Assembly: GCA_951813605.1 (NCBI GenBank)
Contig: OX638379.1
Coordinates: 752,471 to 816,470 of the forward strand
Direction of reading: 5' to 3'
Length of the DNA: 64,000 nt
DNA from: an uncultured Bryobacterales bacterium
GTDB taxonomy: Bacteria; Acidobacteriota; Terriglobia; Bryobacterales; UBA6623
Part shown: one piece after another, positions 48,170 to 55,986 of the stretch
Layout of the letters: every line of letters begins with the position of its first letter
Numbering within the stretch: position 1 is the stretch's first letter
Position numbers and translations under genes: made by a program
The notes under the pieces: generated by a model
Database searches by the model: none
What the model was told of the DNA's origin: nothing
The model's input: only the letters and a program-made list of their open reading frames with translations

Positions 48170-49856
48170 CACCGTCACTTTGAGCGTGATCAACAACGCT
48201 CTGATTAACATCTGCCGGGAAATGGGAACCGCCATGATGCGGACAAGCTATTCACCTATCTTCAACGAAGGGCTGGACTTTTCGTGCGTGATCTTCAACC
48301 GGCGGGGCGACATGATTGGCCAGGCAGAGTTTTGCCCGACGATGTTGGGCTCGGCCCAGTACGCCGTCAATTGGACCATCGAGGAACTTGGCTTGGAGTC
48401 GTTTGAGCCGGGTGATGTCGTCGTGCACAACGATCCCTATCGCGGGCAATGCCACATGCCCGAGCACATGGTCCTCAAGCCCGTCTTTTTTGAGGGTCAG
48501 CTATGGGGCTTCGTAGCCAACATCGCTCACATCGGGGAAATCGGCGGTATGGCTCCTGGTTCCTTCGCAGCCGACGCGACGGAAGTTTATCAAGAAGGGC
48601 TGCGGCTACCTCCGGTCAAGGTCATCAGCCGTGGCGAGTATGTCAAGGACATCTGGAAGATCATCCTCAGCAATCACCGCACTCCCAAGACGAGCTGGGG
48701 AGATCTCCATGCCATGATCGGCTCCCTAGGTATCGCGGAAACACGGCTGCTGGGAATGCTCGAGCGATACGGAGCGCCGTTTCTGACTGCCGCAGCCGAC
48801 CAGCTCTTGGACTACTCGGAGCGCTGGATGCGGGAGGAGATCCGAGATATTCCCAATGGCGAGTACCACGCGAGCGATTGCATGGAGGACGACGGCGTCA
48901 CCGACCAGCCGGTATGGATAAGGCTCAAGCTCGTTGTCAAAGACGATGAGGTGATTGCTGACTGGACCCAATCCGATCCGCAGGCCAAGGGTCCAGTGAA
49001 CGCCACCTTCGTAGTGACCGCAGCCGCCTCCTACAGCGGCCTATTGCACCTTACAAGCAACGATATTCCCCGCAATTCAGGCTGCTACCGACCGATTCGA
49101 GTCGTGACCAAGCCCGGCTCGGTCGTCAATGTGCGCCATCCGGGCCCTTCGGTGGGAGGCAATACGGAGACCCATCCTCACATCCAGAACGTCGTGGTGG
49201 CCGCCCTAAGCCAGGCGATTCCAGAGCGGGCGGCAGCTGCGGAAGGAGCCAGCGGCTGCAATTTCCTGTTCGCCGGCGTCCACCCCGACACCGGTGAGTA
49301 TTACACCAACTACCACATCGACGGAAGCGGCTGGGGCGCCACCGCCTTCCACGATGGAAACTCTGTCATGTGCCCCGAGAACGGGAACTGCCGCAATACC
49401 CCGGTGGAAGTTTTGGAAAGCAAGTTTCCCTGGATGACTCTGGAATACCGGCTCCGCCCCGACTCCGGCGGGGCCGGCAAGTACCGCGGAGGTCTCGGCA
49501 GTTCGCGCATCTTGCGGGTACTGGCACCGGAGATTACCGTGAGCGCGCTGATGGACCGCACCAAGACCAACGCTTGGGGCTTGTTCGGGGGAGGGCAGGG
49601 CGCCCGAGGCGGAATTTTTGTCAAGAAGAAGGGAGACACGCGGTTCCGGACGTTCTCTAAGGCCTTCGGCACAATTTCGGATTCCAAGTTCACGCGGGTT
49701 GTCTTGAAGGAGGGCGACGAGGTGATGATACAGTCGCCCGGTGGCGGAGGCTACGGCTCCCCGTCCGACCGCTTGAGTGACGACGTCGAGCAAGACGTCC
49801 GGCAGGGGTGGGTGTCCGCCGAGGTCGCGCATCACGCGTACGGCTACGAGCCCTAG
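48156..49856 (+). CDS. Hydantoinase B / oxoprolinase family protein (HyuB-like)
   Basis: ATG 48156 overlaps the HyuA-like stop by 14 nt. N-terminal block DTVTLSVINNALINICREMGTAMMRTSYSPIFNEGLDFSCVIF is typical of the Hydantoinase_B family. Confidence 0.9.
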   Translation: MEKIDTVTLSVINNALINICREMGTAMMRTSYSPIFNEGLDFSCVIFNRRGDMIGQAEFCPTMLGSAQYAVNWTIEELGLESFEPGDVVVHNDPYRGQCHMPEHMVLKPVFFEGQLWGFVANIAHIGEIGGMAPGSFAADATEVYQEGLRLPPVKVISRGEYVKDIWKIILSNHRTPKTSWGDLHAMIGSLGIAETRLLGMLERYGAPFLTAAADQLLDYSERWMREEIRDIPNGEYHASDCMEDDGVTDQPVWIRLKLVVKDDEVIADWTQSDPQAKGPVNATFVVTAAASYSGLLHLTSNDIPRNSGCYRPIRVVTKPGSVVNVRHPGPSVGGNTETHPHIQNVVVAALSQAIPERAAAAEGASGCNFLFAGVHPDTGEYYTNYHIDGSGWGATAFHDGNSVMCPENGNCRNTPVEVLESKFPWMTLEYRLRPDSGGAGKYRGGLGSSRILRVLAPEITVSALMDRTKTNAWGLFGGGQGARGGIFVKKKGDTRFRTFSKAFGTISDSKFTRVVLKEGDEVMIQSPGGGGYGSPSDRLSDDVEQDVRQGWVSAEVAHHAYGYEP

Positions 49857-49950
49857 CAAGCCGATAGGATTCTCTGGAGCATTCTGATCGCCAAGCGGCT
49901 TGCATCTTGGATGAGAATGCTGCCTGCTATTGTCCTAGGCAGCAGAACGA

Positions 49951-50142
49951 ATGGGTCACTGGGAAGAGAACACCGCCAAGTGGTACGAGCAGACGATGGT
50001 GTACTGCAACGTTTGCGGGAGGATCATTCCGAAAAAGTTTTGGATCGTGGAGCAGGGCACTCAAAAGCTCGTCTTCTGCAACCCGGATTGCGAGCAGCTG
50101 CATCGCGATTATTGGCTGCCCGCGCAGAACCAGAATGCATGA
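49951..50142 (+). CDS. 63-aa Cys4 metal-binding protein with TRASH-type spacing (C-x2-C-x20-C-x3-C)
   Basis: MGHWEENTAKWYEQTMVYCNVCGRIIPKKFWIVEQGTQKLVFCNPDCEQLHRDYWLPAQNQNA has Cys at positions 19, 22, 43 and 47. By my hand count 49 of 63 codons end in G/C, matching neighbouring genes. Starts 95 nt downstream of hyuB on the same strand. No obvious SD. Confidence 0.6.
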   Translation: MGHWEENTAKWYEQTMVYCNVCGRIIPKKFWIVEQGTQKLVFCNPDCEQLHRDYWLPAQNQNA

Positions 50143-50226
50143 GGCCTCTTAGGCGATGGAAGTCATCGTAGCTCTCATCGCGCGATCAGAGGCAAGAGCC
50201 CCCCTTATCCAAGCTGGAAGGGCTAC

Positions 50227-51255
50227 CTACATCGTCCAGTAGTCGTCAGGCTTATCCATCGCGACAAATTGATCTACGTTCTCTTGGGTGATCTCGTCCA
50301 AGGCGATAGGCTGCTGCTTGGGGACTGTTTCGCCCTTGAAGATCTTTATCATTGAATCCACACTTAGAGAGCCATGCAGGCGCGGCGGATGGAGAATCGT
50401 GTACTTTCCCAAGCCGGCCTTGATCAACTTCAGGCCGCCGTTGTACCCATCCAGCCAAGTGAGGCAAGGTTGATTGGCCTTAAGCATGTCATCCGAAATT
50501 CCGGCTGCTCGTAGCGCCTGGATGCCTCCCACCGCCATTTCCCCGCTGTCAAAGTGAATGCCGTCGAGGTCCGGATGGGCTGTGATGATGTTCTCCATGA
50601 CCCGCTGGCCGCTGGCCCGGGACCAATCACCCGCCTGTCGCACGGCGTCGATGTTCGGATGCTTCGCAAGAACGTCGTCATACCCCGCGTTCCTCTCCAC
50701 CGCCGGGCCGGCTCCCGGGAGTCCCTCCAAGATGGCTATCTTGCGTTCGGGTCCAATCAACTCGATGAGTTTGCTCAGACCCTTCACGGCCCCGTACATG
50801 TGATCTGTCGAAACAAAGGTCTCGTACTTTTCGCTCGAGACCTTGCGGTCGACGATGACCACCGGAATTCCTTCCCTTTCGCATTCGTCCAGGATAGGGT
50901 TTGCCACGTACAGATTCGCCGCCCCGATGATGAGCCCGTCCACCCCCTTGGTCAGCAGGTCCTCTAGGTCTGCGACCTGCTTGGCCGGCGAATCGTTGGC
51001 GTCGGTGACGAGAAGGTCGATATTGTCGTGCTTGTCGACTTCCTCCTCGATGGCTTCCCGCAGAGCGGTGCGCCAGGTGTTGGTCTCCGATGCGTTGCTA
51101 AAACCGATTGTCCACCTTCGGTCCTCGAATTCCGCCTTTTCGCGACTCTCGGTGGGATCGGCCTCCGGCGAACAAGCTCCGAAGGTCATGGCAATGCCGG
51201 CCCCCGCCGCGCGTTCGACGAATTGTCGTCGACTGACTTCCTTGCTTGCTTTCAC
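50227..51255 (-). CDS. Sugar-type ABC transporter substrate-binding protein (PBP type I, RbsB-like), Tat-signal lipoprotein-like
   Basis: GTG 51255 is preceded by GGAGGAG. N-terminus VKASKEVSRRQFVERAAGAGIAMTFGAC (twin-arginine motif plus Cys). The body has the periplasmic sugar-binding fold pattern (WTIGFSNASETNTW...VDGLIIGA...). Confidence 0.85.
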   Translation of the reverse strand: MKASKEVSRRQFVERAAGAGIAMTFGACSPEADPTESREKAEFEDRRWTIGFSNASETNTWRTALREAIEEEVDKHDNIDLLVTDANDSPAKQVADLEDLLTKGVDGLIIGAANLYVANPILDECEREGIPVVIVDRKVSSEKYETFVSTDHMYGAVKGLSKLIELIGPERKIAILEGLPGAGPAVERNAGYDDVLAKHPNIDAVRQAGDWSRASGQRVMENIITAHPDLDGIHFDSGEMAVGGIQALRAAGISDDMLKANQPCLTWLDGYNGGLKLIKAGLGKYTILHPPRLHGSLSVDSMIKIFKGETVPKQQPIALDEITQENVDQFVAMDKPDDYWTM

Positions 51256-51368
51256 AATGGCTCCTCCTCTGATTCCGGAATCAGCCGGGCTGTCGATGGT
51301 AGTCTTCCGTTTCTCCGTGACGCCTATCTAGGTGCGCGGCCGCTGTCACAAAACCATCTTCAGGCAGC

Positions 51369-52388
51369 CTACGCTGCACGCTTCTTGTAGAGAGCGACCG
51401 CGACTAGGATGATAAAACCCTTGGCGATCCCCTGCGTGTAGGGCGACACGTTCAGCAGGTTCAGCAGATTGTTGATCATGGAGATGATCAGCGCACCGAG
51501 CAAGGTGCCCCACAGAGAGCCGACACCCCCGAATAGGCTGGTCCCGCCCAGAACTACCGAAGCGATGGCGTCTAACTCCAGGCCCCGTCCGGCCCACGGA
51601 TCACCCACTGTCACACGGGCGCTGAATATGATGCCGCCAAGCGCAGCCGACACGTTACTGACCATGTAGGTCACGAGCTTTACCCGGTTCACTGGGATGC
51701 CGGAAAGCCGTGCTGCTTCCTCGTTTCCGCCCACGGCGTAAACTTGGCGCCCGTACGGGGTGTAGCGCAGCACTATGCCTCCGAGGAAAAAGGCTGCAAG
51801 CATGATGATCACGGGCACGGGCATGGGCCCGATCGAACCGGCTCCCAGCCATGCATAGGCTCCCTGGATTCCCCCGATCGGCTTTCCGCCGGAGACTGTG
51901 AGGGCTGCCCCGCTGGCGATGGCCATCATCGCCAAGGTAACGATGAACGGAGCCACGCCTCGCCAGATGATGATCCCCGCGTTGAATGCGCCGATGGCGG
52001 CGCCCAACGCCAGTGTTACCAGGATGACGAGCGGCAAGGGATAGCCTGCACCGCCCGCGAAGAGCATGGCGCCGACGACACTGTAGAGGCTGAGGGTCAT
52101 GCCCACGGAAAGGTCGATGCCGGCGGTCAGAATGACGAAGGTCATGCCCACAGTTACGACCCCGAGCATGGAAGTCTGACGCAGAATGTTGAGGACATTC
52201 CGCTCGGACATGAAATTCGGCGACAGCACGACCCCGATCGCGATGATGAGTATGAATCCGATGATGACTCCGGCACTCGGCCCCAGTCTGTCCAAGGTCG
52301 GATCCAAGTATTTGGTTTTGATCCTCGACGGGGACGGCATCCCGTGTGGCGCAGGCTGGCCGACGCCGTTTCCGCTGTCTTCCGTCAT
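51369..52388 (-). CDS. Sugar-type ABC transporter permease (RbsC/AraH-like)
   Basis: Multiple hydrophobic spans and a conserved C-terminal region (GGTSLFGGVGSLWGTLLGALII). ATG 52388 is chosen; the ORF is open to 52508. There is no ATPase gene adjacent on this strand. Confidence 0.85.
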   Translation of the reverse strand: MTEDSGNGVGQPAPHGMPSPSRIKTKYLDPTLDRLGPSAGVIIGFILIIAIGVVLSPNFMSERNVLNILRQTSMLGVVTVGMTFVILTAGIDLSVGMTLSLYSVVGAMLFAGGAGYPLPLVILVTLALGAAIGAFNAGIIIWRGVAPFIVTLAMMAIASGAALTVSGGKPIGGIQGAYAWLGAGSIGPMPVPVIIMLAAFFLGGIVLRYTPYGRQVYAVGGNEEAARLSGIPVNRVKLVTYMVSNVSAALGGIIFSARVTVGDPWAGRGLELDAIASVVLGGTSLFGGVGSLWGTLLGALIISMINNLLNLLNVSPYTQGIAKGFIILVAVALYKKRAA

Positions 52389-52941
52389 CGACCCGGTCAG
52401 TCCCTCTCGGCCATACTTCCCATCGATGCCAGAATCACGTTTCTCCAAAACAAGATCACTCGCTAGAGCATTCTGGCTGGCGGCTTTCCGAACCGTTCCG
52501 GCGCGCAACGGAAACCGGGTTCGGCACCAGAGTCCGTAGCGGGATTTCTCTCCCCGAACGCGGTTTATCGATTCTTCTCGACTGGGGCGGACTATGCATG
52601 CAGGTCAATCGCATCCCTGAATCGGCCGGCCCCCTGGTTCTCCGACGTCAATCAATCCCCAGAGAATCGACAACAACCCTCTTTCCGAAGGCCGTGTCTT
52701 GACAGGCCGCCAGAATTGATCCTTCAGATGTTCAGGGGCAGTGATTGTCCGTAGGCATGGTAGCTCATGGGGACCCCTCCAGAGATTCCGTGTGCTTCCG
52801 CCTAAGGACTAGGTCACGATCACCTTGCGATTAACCTAGACGCGCTGACAATGGCATTGGACGCGTGGGCGGCCACTGGGATCGCAGTGCTAGCTTCCGC
52901 GCCCTGCCTGAGGCTTAGGGAGCAGGCATGATCAACCTTGG

Positions 52942-54681
52942 CTACTTGCTACGGTCAGGCTGTGTTCCAGCGATCTTGCCATCGCGCTCGGCAAGGATCT
53001 TTCTTATTGCATTGGTCGTTTCCGTCGGTCGCACGACGGCTTGGAGGCGCTTGGGGTCGCCTTCGGCACGTTGCCGTTCCACCGCTTCCTTGAATCGTTC
53101 CTGATGATCGGCGAGGTCGAGCGGCGTCTCGCCCTGTTCGTTTTTCCAATCGATCGGAGCGCCCTTCGAATAGAGGTATTCGATGATGTGCGGCGATTGG
53201 CCTGCGGCTGCAATGTGCACGATGGTCTGGCCCTGCCGGGGCAACGTAATCGCCTCGACTGGGTCAGCGATTTTATCGTCCGGGTTATAACGGGCCGATA
53301 CATCGGCCCCCCGCTCGACCAACTCCTTGACCACCGCCAGGTCACCCGCGACTACGGCCACCGACAGCGGAGTGTGACCGTCTTTCCTCAGCAGATTCGG
53401 GTCGGCTCCCCAATCTGTCAGCATCTTGATCAACGCCACGCTGCCGGAGTTTGCAGCGATATGGAGGGCCGACGAGCCCGGGGGCGCTGGATTGATTCTC
53501 ACATCGCCCACGGGTCCGGGAGTCGGAAACACGGTCTGACGGTTTGGATCCGCTCCGCCTTCCAGAAGGCGCCTGACGACTGCGAGCGCTTCGTCCTCGC
53601 TGAACGGCGAGGCCTTGCTTCCCGAATGGTTGAGCGACAGCAGCGCCGGGGCTCGACGATATGCGCCCGAGCCCCCCTTGTCATCGCTTCGAATTGCCCA
53701 AACGACCGCAAGGGCGGCCCCGTGCAACGGTGTGTATCCGGCGGCGTCGGCTGTTGTCACCGACGCGCCGCGGTCGAGCAGAAACCGGGCTGTTTCCAGA
53801 TCCGGCCCGAACACCTGCGAGCTGCCCGAGGAAGCCGGAGCCCCTTGGCCGGGTACGAACTCACCTGCTAGCGGCACCCACTTGTACAGCGAGGCCAGCA
53901 ACGGAGTCGTGCCGTTGGCCGTCGTTTCGTTCACGTCGAGTCCTAATTCGGTCAGCATTCGGACTGACTCAGGATCCCGCCTCTGGACTGCGAAGAAGAG
54001 GGCATTCTGGCCGCCCTGCTTGCTGACGTAGGCTCCATCGTTATTCCAAGGGATACCGGTCTTGCCGAGCGTGAACGTCGTTGGGATGTAAATCGTGTAT
54101 TTCACGTCCCAGGTTTTCGTCGTCGCTCGAACAGCCGCTCCGCGTTCAACCAAGAGCCGCACCGCGGCCGGGTTTCCGGCTGCCCACATCATTGCGGTCT
54201 GACCGAACTTCTTTTCTCGAGCGTTCACGCCCGCGCCGCGATCAAGCAGCAACTTCACCACGTCCAATTGGCCCATGCGCACCGCAGTCATCAGGGGCGT
54301 TTCCCCGCTCTCTCTCGGAACGTTAGGGTCGGCGCCGTTCTCGAGCAGGAGACGCGCGATCCCTTGCGCCCCGTTCTCGATCGCCAGTGACAGAGGACCA
54401 ATGCCATACGCATTGGCCAGGTCGGGGTCGGCCCCAGCTCTCAGCAACAGGCCTGCGACATCCGCATTGTTGCGAACCGCCGCCCAGGCGAGCGCTGTCG
54501 AGCCGTCTGGCCCCCGTGCGTTCACATCCGCCCCGCGGCTTAGCAGCGCAGCCACGGACGCCCGGTTGTCGCTGCGAGCGGCCTCGATAATCGCTCCGCC
54601 GGGGCTCGTGGCCACGAGGCTACTGCTGAGAGCAAGGACCGCGATAGCAGTGAGTTTGGGCGCGCCCCATCTCCGGTTCAC
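52942..54681 (-). CDS. Secreted ankyrin-repeat protein (~580 aa)
   Basis: GTG 54681 lies 4 nt after the stop of the DUF1552 gene and 9 nt after GGAGG. Signal-like KLTAIAVLALSSSLVATSPGGA. Many ANK units, e.g. DGSTALAWAAVRNNADVAGLLLRAGADPD, SGETPLMTAVRMGQLDVVKLLLDRGAGVN and DGHTPLSVAVVAGDLAVVKELVERGADVS. Confidence 0.85.
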   Translation of the reverse strand: MNRRWGAPKLTAIAVLALSSSLVATSPGGAIIEAARSDNRASVAALLSRGADVNARGPDGSTALAWAAVRNNADVAGLLLRAGADPDLANAYGIGPLSLAIENGAQGIARLLLENGADPNVPRESGETPLMTAVRMGQLDVVKLLLDRGAGVNAREKKFGQTAMMWAAGNPAAVRLLVERGAAVRATTKTWDVKYTIYIPTTFTLGKTGIPWNNDGAYVSKQGGQNALFFAVQRRDPESVRMLTELGLDVNETTANGTTPLLASLYKWVPLAGEFVPGQGAPASSGSSQVFGPDLETARFLLDRGASVTTADAAGYTPLHGAALAVVWAIRSDDKGGSGAYRRAPALLSLNHSGSKASPFSEDEALAVVRRLLEGGADPNRQTVFPTPGPVGDVRINPAPPGSSALHIAANSGSVALIKMLTDWGADPNLLRKDGHTPLSVAVVAGDLAVVKELVERGADVSARYNPDDKIADPVEAITLPRQGQTIVHIAAAGQSPHIIEYLYSKGAPIDWKNEQGETPLDLADHQERFKEAVERQRAEGDPKRLQAVVRPTETTNAIRKILAERDGKIAGTQPDRSK

Positions 54682-54685
54682 CGAG

Positions 54686-55984
54686 CTAGACCTCCAATCG
54701 GTTGAGCTTGCCTGTGCTGTCACCGAGCTTCTCGGTGGGCACGCCGACCTTGTCAAGCATCGTGAGGTAGAGGTTGGTCAACGGGGTCGTGTCGCCGGGA
54801 TAGGCAATGTAGCGTCCTCCAGCCACGCGCCCGGCCGCGCCACCCGCCAGGAGTATCGGCAGGTCCCTCTGGCTATGGCTCGTTGGCACGCTGAGGTTGC
54901 TGCCATACATGATCAGTGAATGATCGAGCAGCGTCGAGCCTCCCTCCTTGATCGCGTCGAGCTTGTCCAGGAAGTAAGCGAACAGCTCGGCCTGGTTCAC
55001 ATTAATCTTGGCCAGGGCGTCGAGTTTGGGCTTCTCGAAATTGTGGTGGGATATCTCGTGATGCCCCATCGAAATGTCCAGATGCGGGAAGCTCATCGAA
55101 GTGGCCTCACGGCCGTAGAGGAACGTCCAGACACGAGTCAGGTCCGCCTGCAAGGCCAGCGTCTGCAAATCGAACATGAGCCTGACTCGATCCGGCCAAG
55201 CGTCCGGAATGCCCGGAGGCCGCTCCGTCTCGGGTAGATCCGCGGGCGGCTTCTTCATGGCGACGTCGATCCGGCGCTCGACATCGCGAATTGAATCGAT
55301 GTATTCGTCCAGCTTTTGACGATCATCGTTGCCGAGCTCCGCCTTCAATTCCGAGATCCGCCCGGCGACGCCATCGAGCGAGCTCCTGTCGGCGGCGTCG
55401 CGTGCCTTGGCTGCGACGGGGTCGATGCGGCCGCCCTCGCCGAACAGCCGCTCGAAGACCATGCGGGGATTCTTTTCGAACGGCAAGGGATTCGTGGCGC
55501 TCTTGAAGACAGGTCCGGGGAGATTCCCAGTGTCCTCCGTCGCGAGCTCGAGCGATGCGAACTGGGTTTCACTCCCCAGCGTTCGAGCGGCCACTTGGTC
55601 GACGGAGATCCCTACGTGAACCTTGCCCTTGGTCGGCTCGCAACCGGTCATGAACGACGCCATCGCACGGTCGTGGAAGCCTGGCTTCGAGCGGTCGGGG
55701 TCGGAGGACAGCCCGGTTAGGACGAGAAACTTGTCCCGATGGGCGGCTAGCGGTGCCAACGCCTCGCTGAATTGATAGTCTGCGCCTTCCCCAGCCGGGC
55801 GCCAGCGGTCTTGATCGACGCCCAGAGGAAAGTAAATGAAGCCGAGGCGACGCACCGGCGCGGCCGCGGTGACACTATCGGCCGTCAGCGCCGGAACCAT
55901 GGCGTCCAGCAGTGGCAGCCCCAGCGCCATTCCGGCTCCGCGAAGAAAAGTGCGGCGCGGAAGGTGTTTCTTCGTAACGAACAT
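54686..55984 (-). CDS. DUF1552 (HXXSHH) domain protein with Tat signal
   Basis: ATG 55984 lies 2 nt after the upstream stop and follows GAGGAG. N-terminus MFVTKKHLPRRTFLRGAGMALGLPLLDAMVPA. Contains HEISHH, matching the H-x-x-S-H-H family motif. Confidence 0.9.
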   Translation of the reverse strand: MFVTKKHLPRRTFLRGAGMALGLPLLDAMVPALTADSVTAAAPVRRLGFIYFPLGVDQDRWRPAGEGADYQFSEALAPLAAHRDKFLVLTGLSSDPDRSKPGFHDRAMASFMTGCEPTKGKVHVGISVDQVAARTLGSETQFASLELATEDTGNLPGPVFKSATNPLPFEKNPRMVFERLFGEGGRIDPVAAKARDAADRSSLDGVAGRISELKAELGNDDRQKLDEYIDSIRDVERRIDVAMKKPPADLPETERPPGIPDAWPDRVRLMFDLQTLALQADLTRVWTFLYGREATSMSFPHLDISMGHHEISHHNFEKPKLDALAKINVNQAELFAYFLDKLDAIKEGGSTLLDHSLIMYGSNLSVPTSHSQRDLPILLAGGAAGRVAGGRYIAYPGDTTPLTNLYLTMLDKVGVPTEKLGDSTGKLNRLEV

Positions 55985-55986
55985 CG

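Noticed and set aside
49856-49903. 8-bp inverted repeat GCAAGCCG...CGGCTTGC after the hyuB stop, as a possible terminator
   Set aside because: The loop is 32 nt and there is no T-tract. This is not convincing as an intrinsic terminator, and it would separate hyuB from the TRASH gene, for which I have no evidence.
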